From an uncultured Candidatus Saccharibacteria bacterium (GTDB taxonomy: Bacteria; Patescibacteriota; Minisyncoccia; UBA6257; JAGOQP01), in contig CAYQSO010000002.1 in the NCBI GenBank assembly GCA_964420205.1, positions 7,765 through 71,764 on the forward strand: 64,000 bases of DNA, read 5' to 3'. Shown here one piece after another: positions 55,510 to 64,000 of this stretch. A model generated the notes under the pieces. It searched no databases, was not told the origin of the DNA, and saw only the letters and a list, made by a program, of their open reading frames with translations. Position 1 is the first letter of the stretch, and the number at the start of each line of letters is the position of its first letter. A program made the position numbers and the translations under genes.

Positions 55510-57179
55510 TTAGAGTATGTTATTCTGCATTCTTCTATACCCGCTTCTCTAATAACTGCAAATGGTTGAAGAGTTCCAGCAGCTCTAGTTGTATGAGTTA
55601 TTCCAGTTAATTTATTTAATTTATAAACATATTCACTAGAGTCAAAAACGCCATCAATACTTTTACCAAACCCTTTTGCTTTTTCACCTACCTCATATCC
55701 ATATTCAGAAGAAATACATATTAATTCATTTTCACTCTTGCAGTCTGAACCAATATTATGGCTAAATGATATATTTGTTAATGCTGTTGATGGAATAGCA
55801 CTTTGTATGACTGATTTACCATTTAAAGCATAACTTATGGGTGTTCCAAGTATTCCACCTGTTTTTGTAACTTCACCTAATTTAACAAATTGTGTTTCAA
55901 TCCAAGCACCCCCACCATATTTATATGGAATATATGGTTTAACAGATATATCTAACCAATAATCACCACTTGAAGGTGTTGCTGGTTCACTATAACTTTC
56001 GGTTATTGTACCACTACATAATGAAGCAGTTGTATTACCTTTTTCAATTATAATATAATACGTATCATCAGAAGATAATTCACTTGAAATATTTGCTAAA
56101 CTTTCAAATGTTGAAACAGTTCCATCTGGAAAAGTACAAACTAAATTTTCATAGCTTGTTCCACCATCTACATCAAAACTTACTTCTGTATCTGATACTT
56201 TATTAATAAAATCAGCATATCCATCTGAGTCTCTATATGCACTATTTACTGAATAAGTAGTATATATATCAGGTTGTAAGCTTATTAGTTGACTATAGTT
56301 TACTGCGTCATAATTAGATACCCCGTTAGCTACTTCAAAATTAACAGAACTATCTCCTAATCTCTTTGCATAATCTCCTACAACACTATAAGCTATTTCT
56401 CTACATCCAGTAGCACTAAACTCGTAAATTCCCACATCACCAATTTGTGTAACTCTATTAGTTCCTCTTAATAATACCAAACTTGTTGCATTATATGTTA
56501 AAGTTCTCACAGTATTCCAACGTATTACAGCAATACCTTTTGTCCACCCTGTAATAGATGTTATGGTTTCTCCCCCATTCGCTATAAAAGAATTACTTGT
56601 CTCATCTAACGTTAATACACCGCCAGATGAAGTTTTGGAAACAGAATTTGGTTGGTGCAAGGCACCTGTCATAGTATCCCCTGCTTTTTTTACCCATCTA
56701 TCTTGGTGAGCATTGAGATCTAAGTTATGTGCGTTTACATCCCCAGCAGCATAAATAAAATTAAATACACCTGCTCCTGAGCCTTGTGAAAATTGTACTT
56801 CTACATCTATCTGATAATTTACAATTTCTGAATATGTAATAGCATTTCCATCGGGAGGATGTATAATTGCTAAAAGATATGTACTACCGCCATTAGTATT
56901 CGCATATAAATATAACTCATTTATTAAACTACCGTCTACTATAGGAACTTCATCGGAAGACGGTGGAATAATCATAGATATCTCTATTTTATTATCGGAA
57001 ACTGTTGCTACTGGATTAAAGGTATCGGTGAACCACGTTGGATTTGCAATTGTTCTTGTGGGGTCTAATGTCCCTTGAACAGATGATACTGCAAAAGAAG
57101 TTACATTTATAAGACTTGGATTAGCTAAAACTTCTGATAATGCTTGTGCTGTAAGCACCCCTGTAAATGAATTTGACAT
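55473..57179 (-). CDS. tail fiber protein
   Basis: Contains the widespread tail-fibre motif KAGDTMTGAL, is rich in Ser/Thr/Asn/Gly, and is positioned after the baseplate genes. Confidence 0.55.
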   Translation of the reverse strand: MSNSFTGVLTAQALSEVLANPSLINVTSFAVSSVQGTLDPTRTIANPTWFTDTFNPVATVSDNKIEISMIIPPSSDEVPIVDGSLINELYLYANTNGGSTYLLAIIHPPDGNAITYSEIVNYQIDVEVQFSQGSGAGVFNFIYAAGDVNAHNLDLNAHQDRWVKKAGDTMTGALHQPNSVSKTSSGGVLTLDETSNSFIANGGETITSITGWTKGIAVIRWNTVRTLTYNATSLVLLRGTNRVTQIGDVGIYEFSATGCREIAYSVVGDYAKRLGDSSVNFEVANGVSNYDAVNYSQLISLQPDIYTTYSVNSAYRDSDGYADFINKVSDTEVSFDVDGGTSYENLVCTFPDGTVSTFESLANISSELSSDDTYYIIIEKGNTTASLCSGTITESYSEPATPSSGDYWLDISVKPYIPYKYGGGAWIETQFVKLGEVTKTGGILGTPISYALNGKSVIQSAIPSTALTNISFSHNIGSDCKSENELICISSEYGYEVGEKAKGFGKSIDGVFDSSEYVYKLNKLTGITHTTRAAGTLQPFAVIREAGIEECRITYSKWEIIFTTKRSF

Positions 57180-57354
57180 ATTTTATATTAAACCTGTAAA
57201 TTGACTGTATTAGATACTATTAATAAAATTTAACTTAAAACTAAGTAAACTTAACCTACTATCTTTAATATTACTTCTATATTTAACACAGTTAGTAGAA
57301 ATATTTATCTTCAATATTTTAGTCATATTTAAGAGTAAATTTCATTTTCACTCC

Positions 57355-58458
57355 TTATGGTTTATCTATATAGCCTTCATAATTTCCTCTTGTATTAGCA
57401 CTTGGGGATAAACCACTTGCTGTTGTAGCATGGGCATAAATAAAACCGCCACTTCTAGCATATAAATCATTTGTAGAGTTACTACTAGCTGTGCCACTTC
57501 CAAATTGAACACTTGCGCAAACAGATGCTTGTACTCCATTGCCACCATTACTAGAACAAGTTCCACCAGAAGCATATACCCTTGCTCCATTACTTGCGTT
57601 TATACCATCTCCACCATTATTAGAACTATTTATATTAGTTACAATTGAATCCCCACCATTAGTACTATATCCATCATCTAATGCATTTTGACTAATAATA
57701 TCTTCTGCTCTTAAATAAGAACCACTATGACATACAATGTTTTTATAAAATTCTATAATTTTAACTTGAGGTTCAGCAGTACAATTTCCACCTTCTTTTA
57801 ACCATAAACCATAAACATCTGATGTAACGCCATCACCTTTAATCGTTACGCCTGATATTCTAAACACACATCCACAATCAACAACAAACCCGTTTGAGCC
57901 ATTATTAAAATGTAAAATAACATTATCTGCATCTGTCGGGTCTCCCTGGACAAGAATATTTTGCCCCTGTGAATGATTTCTTAAAAATTCATCATTAAAT
58001 GTATACGTCGTAGGGGGGCTAGAATAATCCAACTGGATCGTAACCAAGACACCTGCCTTGATAACTTTATCGGCAAGATACTCAAATGCATCGTTAAGCG
58101 TTGGATAATCTGTTGATGGCACACTTATAGTAGTATCAACAGAAATCATAATAGCTTTTAAAACATCTAACTGGGTCTGAATATTACTATAAACATTATC
58201 CAAATAGCTTAACTCAGTAGCTGTAATATCTGAAACAACTATTTTACCACTTGCATCAGTGACTCCTACCCTATCCCCAGTCAAATTAGCATCTATTAAT
58301 TCACTAACAGCGCCATCTTGTGCACCCCCTTTTACAAAGTCTTGTACAGTGCATTTTTTACTCACGGGAAAGCTGTTTACATCATCAACTATATAAGCTA
58401 AATTGTCTACTGCTACTTCAGTTTCTGGATTTAATTGCGTTACTTTTTTATCTATCAT
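57355..58458 (-). CDS. tail fiber / tailspike protein with Gly-Asn-rich beta-helix-like C-terminal region
   Basis: Repetitive NGGDSIVTNINSSNNGGDGINASNGARVYASGGTCSSNGGNGVQASV segment typical of parallel beta-helix/pectate-lyase-like fibres. Confidence 0.45.
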   Translation of the reverse strand: MIDKKVTQLNPETEVAVDNLAYIVDDVNSFPVSKKCTVQDFVKGGAQDGAVSELIDANLTGDRVGVTDASGKIVVSDITATELSYLDNVYSNIQTQLDVLKAIMISVDTTISVPSTDYPTLNDAFEYLADKVIKAGVLVTIQLDYSSPPTTYTFNDEFLRNHSQGQNILVQGDPTDADNVILHFNNGSNGFVVDCGCVFRISGVTIKGDGVTSDVYGLWLKEGGNCTAEPQVKIIEFYKNIVCHSGSYLRAEDIISQNALDDGYSTNGGDSIVTNINSSNNGGDGINASNGARVYASGGTCSSNGGNGVQASVCASVQFGSGTASSNSTNDLYARSGGFIYAHATTASGLSPSANTRGNYEGYIDKP

Positions 58459-58483
58459 ACATCCTACCTATTTACTTTAAAAT

Positions 58484-60433
58484 TTAATTAAAAACAAGAA
58501 TATAAGAGATAGTATTATTATCCTCTGTTAAAACATAATGATTATTATCATTTTTTATAATATTTGCATATACTAGTGAATTCTCAATATCTTCTTTAAC
58601 AAATATTCTAGTAATATTTAAACTATTAATAAACTCTATAGTATCTACTATAAATTCATTCGAATTGGAACTACTATAATAAGCATTTATTCTATCCCAC
58701 TCTTGAAAATGTGTTGTAAAATCACTTATCCCTACTTTATCTAAATATATCGCTAAAGCATTATTAATGTTTATTATTGCGGTTTCTGTCAATTCCTCAG
58801 CTATAATAAAATCTACATATTTAACACCTATAAACCTACTAGCATCATCTTCCTGATATCTACTTTCTACCTTAGCTGATGTATTTTCCATAGAAACATA
58901 AGCTTGTAAAGTATTCTCACTAGTATCTAATTCAGAACCACCCCTAAATATTTTTATACCTGCTCTAGGGTCCGACTCATTTCCATCATAAGTTGCTGTA
59001 TATAGAGAATTACCAAAATAACTTCCTACATCTGAGTATCTACCTTGTGTAATACCAGAAGAATTATCTGTAAGATAAAAATAGGTTTTGTTATTATCTC
59101 CTACATAGAATCTCCATTCTTTATTTCCTGTATAATATTTAGATAAAAATGTTTTTTTAACACTGTCATAATTAACGTTACAATAACTACCCACTGAAAA
59201 AGGTGAATCACTAATACCGTCTCCAAAAGAAAAATCATCAGTATCGTTTATATACATATATTCATCTGTTTCTTGAAAAGAGATACCTCTCCCATCTGCG
59301 GATAACAAGGAAGCATCTTTTGTTAAATATAACGTATTCCCATTTCCCGAATAATCTGTTATTTCTGTTCCCGAAGTAATATTATAAAACCATAGTCCTT
59401 TTATATTACTTTCGCTAGAAATATTGTCTTTTATAACATTATATAAATCTAGTTCTTCCTCTGATAAAGAAGTGTTTTTTTGAATATCGAAATAATCCTT
59501 ATCACTATTTACTACTTGTTGAGCTAATATTGTATATTCTCTTTGTACTGCTCCTTTTATTATTTTTGAATAAACTCTTGAATTTGGAATACTCTCGGCA
59601 ACATAAACTCTTGTTGCATTTAAACTGTTTACGTATTCAAAACTGCTTACTATATAATCGTCATAAATCCCAGTAGCATAAAAACAATGTAAAATTCCCC
59701 CTGCTAAAAAATTATCTGTATAATCACCTTCTATTTCAAAATAATCTAAAGCACTATTTATTACTTGTTGATCTGTTATTAAAAATTCTTCATAATCTTC
59801 TAGTAAAAGCCTCCCTTTTGGGGTACTTATTGTTCCATCATTATAAGTTACACTATAAGAACCTTGTAAATCTGTGTTTAAAGTAATACCAATAGTAGTA
59901 GAATACTCTATTTTAAACTGTACTTCGGGGTAAACATAATTACGTATAAAAGTTTCAAATTTTCTATACGTTTCAGCGTCTTCTTGGTCTGCAAAAGTAC
60001 TTGAATCTATAACAAGAGTGAAAGTATTCGGTGTTCCTACAGGGGTTTCTTCCCACCACTCAGTTATCTGGGCACTTATTCCTACAATATTTAATACTAA
60101 TTCAAGACCTATTCTACTTCCCTTTAAAAAATGAACAAGCATTAAAAAAGCAACTAATTTTTTAGCTCTCGCTTCATCTAACTGTAAGAAGTCATTAATA
60201 TATCCATAACCCATTTCATCAATATACTTCACAAGTCCTTCTAAAGGAAGGTCTTGCGTATTAATATATTTATCTATAATCTGGTAAAATGCCTCACTCA
60301 TTTTACTTTTTTCTACATTATTATTAGATAAAAACCAATCTATTAACGGGATTAACTTGTCACTCCAAAGCGAGGCGTTTTCAATCCACCACCTCGGTAA
60401 TAATCTTGCTGCGCTGTAACCTAATATAGACAA
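58484..60433 (-). CDS. baseplate/tail-fibre structural protein (gpI-like position)
   Basis: 649 aa, positioned between a J-like gene and the fibres; no catalytic motif. Confidence 0.3.
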   Translation of the reverse strand: MSILGYSAARLLPRWWIENASLWSDKLIPLIDWFLSNNNVEKSKMSEAFYQIIDKYINTQDLPLEGLVKYIDEMGYGYINDFLQLDEARAKKLVAFLMLVHFLKGSRIGLELVLNIVGISAQITEWWEETPVGTPNTFTLVIDSSTFADQEDAETYRKFETFIRNYVYPEVQFKIEYSTTIGITLNTDLQGSYSVTYNDGTISTPKGRLLLEDYEEFLITDQQVINSALDYFEIEGDYTDNFLAGGILHCFYATGIYDDYIVSSFEYVNSLNATRVYVAESIPNSRVYSKIIKGAVQREYTILAQQVVNSDKDYFDIQKNTSLSEEELDLYNVIKDNISSESNIKGLWFYNITSGTEITDYSGNGNTLYLTKDASLLSADGRGISFQETDEYMYINDTDDFSFGDGISDSPFSVGSYCNVNYDSVKKTFLSKYYTGNKEWRFYVGDNNKTYFYLTDNSSGITQGRYSDVGSYFGNSLYTATYDGNESDPRAGIKIFRGGSELDTSENTLQAYVSMENTSAKVESRYQEDDASRFIGVKYVDFIIAEELTETAIININNALAIYLDKVGISDFTTHFQEWDRINAYYSSSNSNEFIVDTIEFINSLNITRIFVKEDIENSLVYANIIKNDNNHYVLTEDNNTISYILVFN

Positions 60434-60443
60434 ACCAACAACC

Positions 60444-62609
60444 CTATAAAATCGTCAAATCATAATTTATTGAGTTATATGACTTCCAACTAGTTAAACA
60501 CTTAGTATTATCGTCTACTATAACCCAATTTATAAAACCGTCTTGGGTCCCTACATATTCTTTCTGAATTTTTGTATAAGAGAGAGAATTCACTACTGTT
60601 TGATTAACAGTTACTCTTGTTCTTCCCGTACTATTTAAATAAGCTACTGTATCTACTGAAAAAGAGTAGTATAAAGAATTACTCACAAAAACCTTTAAAA
60701 CATCGTCTTCCTTAAAAAATGCTGAGTAATCTCCTGTTATTTCAAAATAATCAGCACCTTTATCTACTATAATATATTCGTCTAGTTCAAATATGGGGGT
60801 GGTAGAAAGAGCTTCATCTGTTTTACCTCTGTATCCCACACACTCATAAGAATAAGAACCTACTTTTATATTATCTCCTAAACGATAATTTGTATTTGCT
60901 GTTCTATCAGGGTGGGACATATTTAAAAGCTTTCTAACCCATAAAATATTTCCATCATTTACAAAATCACCTATTTCCCCAGTAGAAAAACCAGATGGGG
61001 TAGCAGATAATGCTTCGTCATTATATTTTATTAAATCAACAACTTTAAACATATAATATGGGAAAGATGTTGATAAAACATAATCACCTATCTTATACTT
61101 AGTATTAGCCTGCCAATTTTCTAACCTAGAAATATCTAATTTCTTGTAAGTTCTCCAAACAATACTATTGTCTATTGTATCTAATTCTGTATCAATATCT
61201 GTAGCAGGGATTGATAAAGCTGGGACATTCCATAACGGTTCTAAAGAGTCTGACTGTCCTAGTACCTCACACGCTTTATAATTAATATCATCCTTTAAAA
61301 TTACATCCCCAATATTATAGTAAGTATTTGCTATACGTGTTTTTTCATTTACAGTTACCCTAGCATATTTAACATAACTTAATTGTTCTATTAATTTTTC
61401 TACATCAAAAGTATCTAAAGTTTTATTTACTATATTCTCATAATAAACTTCAAAAATACTATTTAAATCTGTATTAACATTTGCAAGAGAGACAAGATTA
61501 TTTAAAGGTTTAATACTTATATCTAAAGTTACTAAATCTCTTTTAGGATTAGTTATATCTGGTAAGGGGGCTCCAATACTTCTTTCTCCTTCTAGAGTTG
61601 TTTTTAAATTTGTTCTCTCTGTACTTGTTAAAAAAGACAGATCATTTTTTAAATAAGAAACTGCAACATACTCAGGTGTTATATCTATTAAATCAGAATA
61701 TGTTATTTTTGTATTAATTTCTGGAAATCTTTTCGGATAATCTTCTCTAGCTCGTATTGTACTTTGTACTTCATGACTATAGGGTGCTGTTATTTTTATT
61801 CTCTGTACAGTCTCCGGTGCATTATATTTTTCAATAACTCTTGTATTATCTAATGTAAAATAAGTAAACATTCCACTTATGTACTGAATACTAGGGGCAT
61901 CTGCTAACTCTATATATTTTATAGTAAATATGGACTCTGTATTATAAGTATATTGGGCTCCTACAGCATCGTTTAAATACTGAATATCAATAGAACCAAA
62001 CGGATTAGTCCTTACCCAGTATTTATCATCTGCCATGTCTTTAGCAACTTTAGAAAACGGTACTTCAACACTGTCTTTTAAAAGAACTAAATCTTCTGAT
62101 ATTTTTTCCGTATAAAAAGTAAACGTCTTTAATTCAGAAGTTCCTGCTCTTTGTTGAATTGTTTTTACTTTTCCAATTACAGTAAGAACTTCTACTTGTA
62201 CGTTTTCCTGTAAAGTAGTGTCTTCTAAATTAATAATGTCATAGTCGTTATTATACGTTCCTATTACACTAAATTTTGGTAAAACTACTGTTTGTGAGGG
62301 GGTAACTGTTATAAGTCTCCTTTGATTTGAACCCCTATAAACTGAATAACCTAAATTGACAGCAATACCTGTAACAGAGGATAGTAAATTAGCTGTACTT
62401 ATAAATGCTTCTCTAAAATAAGATATAATTCGATAACTTAAATTAGAAAGGACAGTTGCCATAACTCTTATTAAAAAAGTACCTTCAGTAGTTCTTGTTA
62501 AAGACTTATAAGCACTATTATTATCTTGTGAAGTAAAGTAAGACTTTATTAAATTAAAGCAACTGGTTATTGATAAAGCACTTAATGTTTCGTTATCTGG
62601 GGCTGTCAT
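60444..62609 (-). CDS. baseplate wedge protein (gp6 / baseplate-J-like by position)
   Basis: 721 aa, immediately downstream of a gp25/W-like gene as in the T4, P2 and Mu gene orders. Confidence 0.4.
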   Translation of the reverse strand: MTAPDNETLSALSITSCFNLIKSYFTSQDNNSAYKSLTRTTEGTFLIRVMATVLSNLSYRIISYFREAFISTANLLSSVTGIAVNLGYSVYRGSNQRRLITVTPSQTVVLPKFSVIGTYNNDYDIINLEDTTLQENVQVEVLTVIGKVKTIQQRAGTSELKTFTFYTEKISEDLVLLKDSVEVPFSKVAKDMADDKYWVRTNPFGSIDIQYLNDAVGAQYTYNTESIFTIKYIELADAPSIQYISGMFTYFTLDNTRVIEKYNAPETVQRIKITAPYSHEVQSTIRAREDYPKRFPEINTKITYSDLIDITPEYVAVSYLKNDLSFLTSTERTNLKTTLEGERSIGAPLPDITNPKRDLVTLDISIKPLNNLVSLANVNTDLNSIFEVYYENIVNKTLDTFDVEKLIEQLSYVKYARVTVNEKTRIANTYYNIGDVILKDDINYKACEVLGQSDSLEPLWNVPALSIPATDIDTELDTIDNSIVWRTYKKLDISRLENWQANTKYKIGDYVLSTSFPYYMFKVVDLIKYNDEALSATPSGFSTGEIGDFVNDGNILWVRKLLNMSHPDRTANTNYRLGDNIKVGSYSYECVGYRGKTDEALSTTPIFELDEYIIVDKGADYFEITGDYSAFFKEDDVLKVFVSNSLYYSFSVDTVAYLNSTGRTRVTVNQTVVNSLSYTKIQKEYVGTQDGFINWVIVDDNTKCLTSWKSYNSINYDLTIL

Positions 62610-62619
62610 TTATTATCCT

Positions 62620-63012
62620 TTATGTATTAGATATAACTTCTATGGTAGGTAAGTTAAATTCTTCGCCTGTTTCTATAATCTGTAAAACAAGGTCAATTTT
62701 TATAGACTCATTATCATAATCAACTGTAAGAAGGGATTTATCTTCTAAAATAATAATAGAATCTGAAAAAAATCTTTCTATCTTATCTCTAATATATTCA
62801 TAAACAATATCACCTGTATCAAAATTCAAAGGCATATGAAGAAACTGTTCAAGGTTTAACCCCCACGCTCTATAATAAGGGGTTTCTTGTTCTTTTGACC
62901 TAATAAATAAAATGAGGGACTGCTTTATTGCATCATAATCATAGACAACCATATTATCAGAGTCATCTACTTCTTTAATCCTTACATTTATATCAGAAAA
63001 AATACTTACCAA
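62620..63012 (-). CDS. baseplate wedge protein, gp25/GPW family
   Basis: YDAIKQSLILFIRSKEQETPYYRAWGLNLEQFLHMPLN matches the DAIKQSI..IL.T..GER...P.FG core of the GPW/gp25 family; 130 aa. Confidence 0.65.
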   Translation of the reverse strand: MVSIFSDINVRIKEVDDSDNMVVYDYDAIKQSLILFIRSKEQETPYYRAWGLNLEQFLHMPLNFDTGDIVYEYIRDKIERFFSDSIIILEDKSLLTVDYDNESIKIDLVLQIIETGEEFNLPTIEVISNT

Positions 63013-63051
63013 GAGAAGACCTACAAAACCTACTATTATATAAAATTTAAC

Positions 63052-63453
63052 TTAAATGTCTAAAGGATCTGGTAAAGTTGGTGCTTCGGGTAAATCGGGA
63101 GTTTCTATATTACATTGTAACGTGGATATTTTATTAATAATAGTTGTTATTAATTCTGTATATTTTTGAACCATTTCAGCATATGTTTCTATTGTATCTA
63201 TAAGTGGGAGGTAATACTTGACTACTAAATTTTTTATTTTATTTAAATACCCTAAAACACCATCAACGGACGACGGAATCGTTAATAAATCTTCTAATAA
63301 AGATTTCAACTCTAGTTGCTTATCTAAAGATTCTATTTGTTCTGCTAAAGCATCTTGTACTAATTGTAATTTTTCATTAAGCAATTGACACTGGTTTTCT
63401 TGCTCTACCCACTCTACTGTCTTATCAAACCACTCTAAATTTACTTTTGACAT
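63052..63453 (-). CDS. hypothetical coiled-coil protein (baseplate module)
   Basis: 133-aa ORF between a spike-like gene and the gp25-like gene. Confidence 0.3.
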   Translation of the reverse strand: MSKVNLEWFDKTVEWVEQENQCQLLNEKLQLVQDALAEQIESLDKQLELKSLLEDLLTIPSSVDGVLGYLNKIKNLVVKYYLPLIDTIETYAEMVQKYTELITTIINKISTLQCNIETPDLPEAPTLPDPLDI

Positions 63454-63474
63454 CGCTCATCTCCTTATAAAACT

Positions 63475-64000
63475 TGAACTAAAATACCATTTTCAAATAT
63501 TAGTACATTAGAACCACATACTATGGTAGCAGATTTCCCTGTACTTGCACCTAATTTCCCATCTATAAATAAGCTAGGGGCTTTTATCTCCAATCCGCTA
63601 TCACGGAACTTATATGTGCTACCCTTTTTAGATTGTACTATTATTTCTCCATAATCGTCTAACGTAACTTTAGACCCTAAACTATGTTCTAATTTAGTAT
63701 AGTCTTCTGTTATTTCTACATAACTTCCATTAGCATGTGTAGCTTTTATATTTCCGTTCTCTATAATCTTAATATTAGTGCCGGAACTATGTTGGAAAAT
63801 AATTTCTTTTTTTGTTTTGTTTACTTTAAAGAAATTTAAAATACTATCAACCCAACCATACGTTTGAGGATAATTTTCAAACAGAACATTTTCTTTATTA
63901 ACGTTTAAATTAGTTAAGTATGTTCCTTTATATGCAGGATTATTTTTATCCTTATTTGGAAAAAATACAGTAACATCTGTACCTACTTCCGGTATACTTA
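63475..64000 (-). CDS. baseplate-associated protein, 5'-truncated by window edge (possible central spike/gpV-like)
   Basis: Manual translation of the minus strand ends ...GSKVTLDDYGEIIVQSKKGSTYKFRDSGLEIKAPSLFIDGKLGASTGKSATIVCGSNVLIFENGILVQVL* (stop at 63475..63477). The beta-strand-rich Gly/Ser C-terminus and its position upstream of W/J-like genes suggest a spike/hub protein. Confidence 0.3.

Noticed and set aside
57366-57590. 74-aa ORF nested in the tail-fibre gene
   Set aside because: Entirely contained in another frame of 57355..58458; Met/Val/Leu-rich artefact.
1-64000. CRISPR arrays, rRNA, tnpA (Y1 transposase) and reverse transcriptase or DGR components
   Set aside because: No regularly spaced direct repeats, no rRNA-like GC-rich conserved blocks, no HuH/Tyr transposase-sized ORF and no RT motifs (YxDD) were seen in any ORF.

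Overview
This is a 64 kb, strongly AT-rich window from what looks like a large tailed dsDNA bacteriophage, likely a myovirus. Almost every credible gene is on the minus strand in tight head-to-tail packing, and most plus-strand ORFs in the track are antisense artefacts. From the high-coordinate end the order is a P2/Mu-style baseplate and tail-fiber block (gp25/W-like, J-like, DTMTG-motif fibre, beta-helix fibre). Next comes a replication and nucleotide-metabolism block: family A DNA polymerase with a LAGLIDADG intein, DnaB-like helicase, split SF2 helicase, FEN-type 5' nuclease, ThyX, dUTPase, and an AdoCbl-dependent class II RNR carrying two inteins beside a cob(I)alamin adenosyltransferase. 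A recombination and repair block follows: UvsX/RecA-like recombinase, candidate gp32-like SSB, an SbcD-like nuclease with an SbcC/Rad50-like ATPase fragmented over four coupled ORFs, an ATP-dependent ligase and two DNA methyltransferases. At the low-coordinate end sits an RNA-repair pair, an HD-phosphohydrolase/P-loop kinase fusion followed by a truncated Rnl5/Rnl2-type RNA ligase. Two diverged TnpA-less IS605-family tnpB (OMEGA nuclease) copies lie about 40 kb apart in direct orientation. Accessory genes that stand out are a QueC-like PP-loop ATPase with an ATP-grasp neighbour, an ACP helix-II look-alike lacking the phosphopantetheine serine, a FloT-type flotillin, a patatin-like phospholipase, DHH and calcineurin-like phosphoesterases, a BCS1-like AAA ATPase next to a CX3CX2C protein, and an M15/LAS peptidase that implies a bacterial host. 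No CRISPR array, rRNA or convincing tRNA was seen. Annotation rests on motif recognition by eye, and all coordinates derived from residue counting are approximate.
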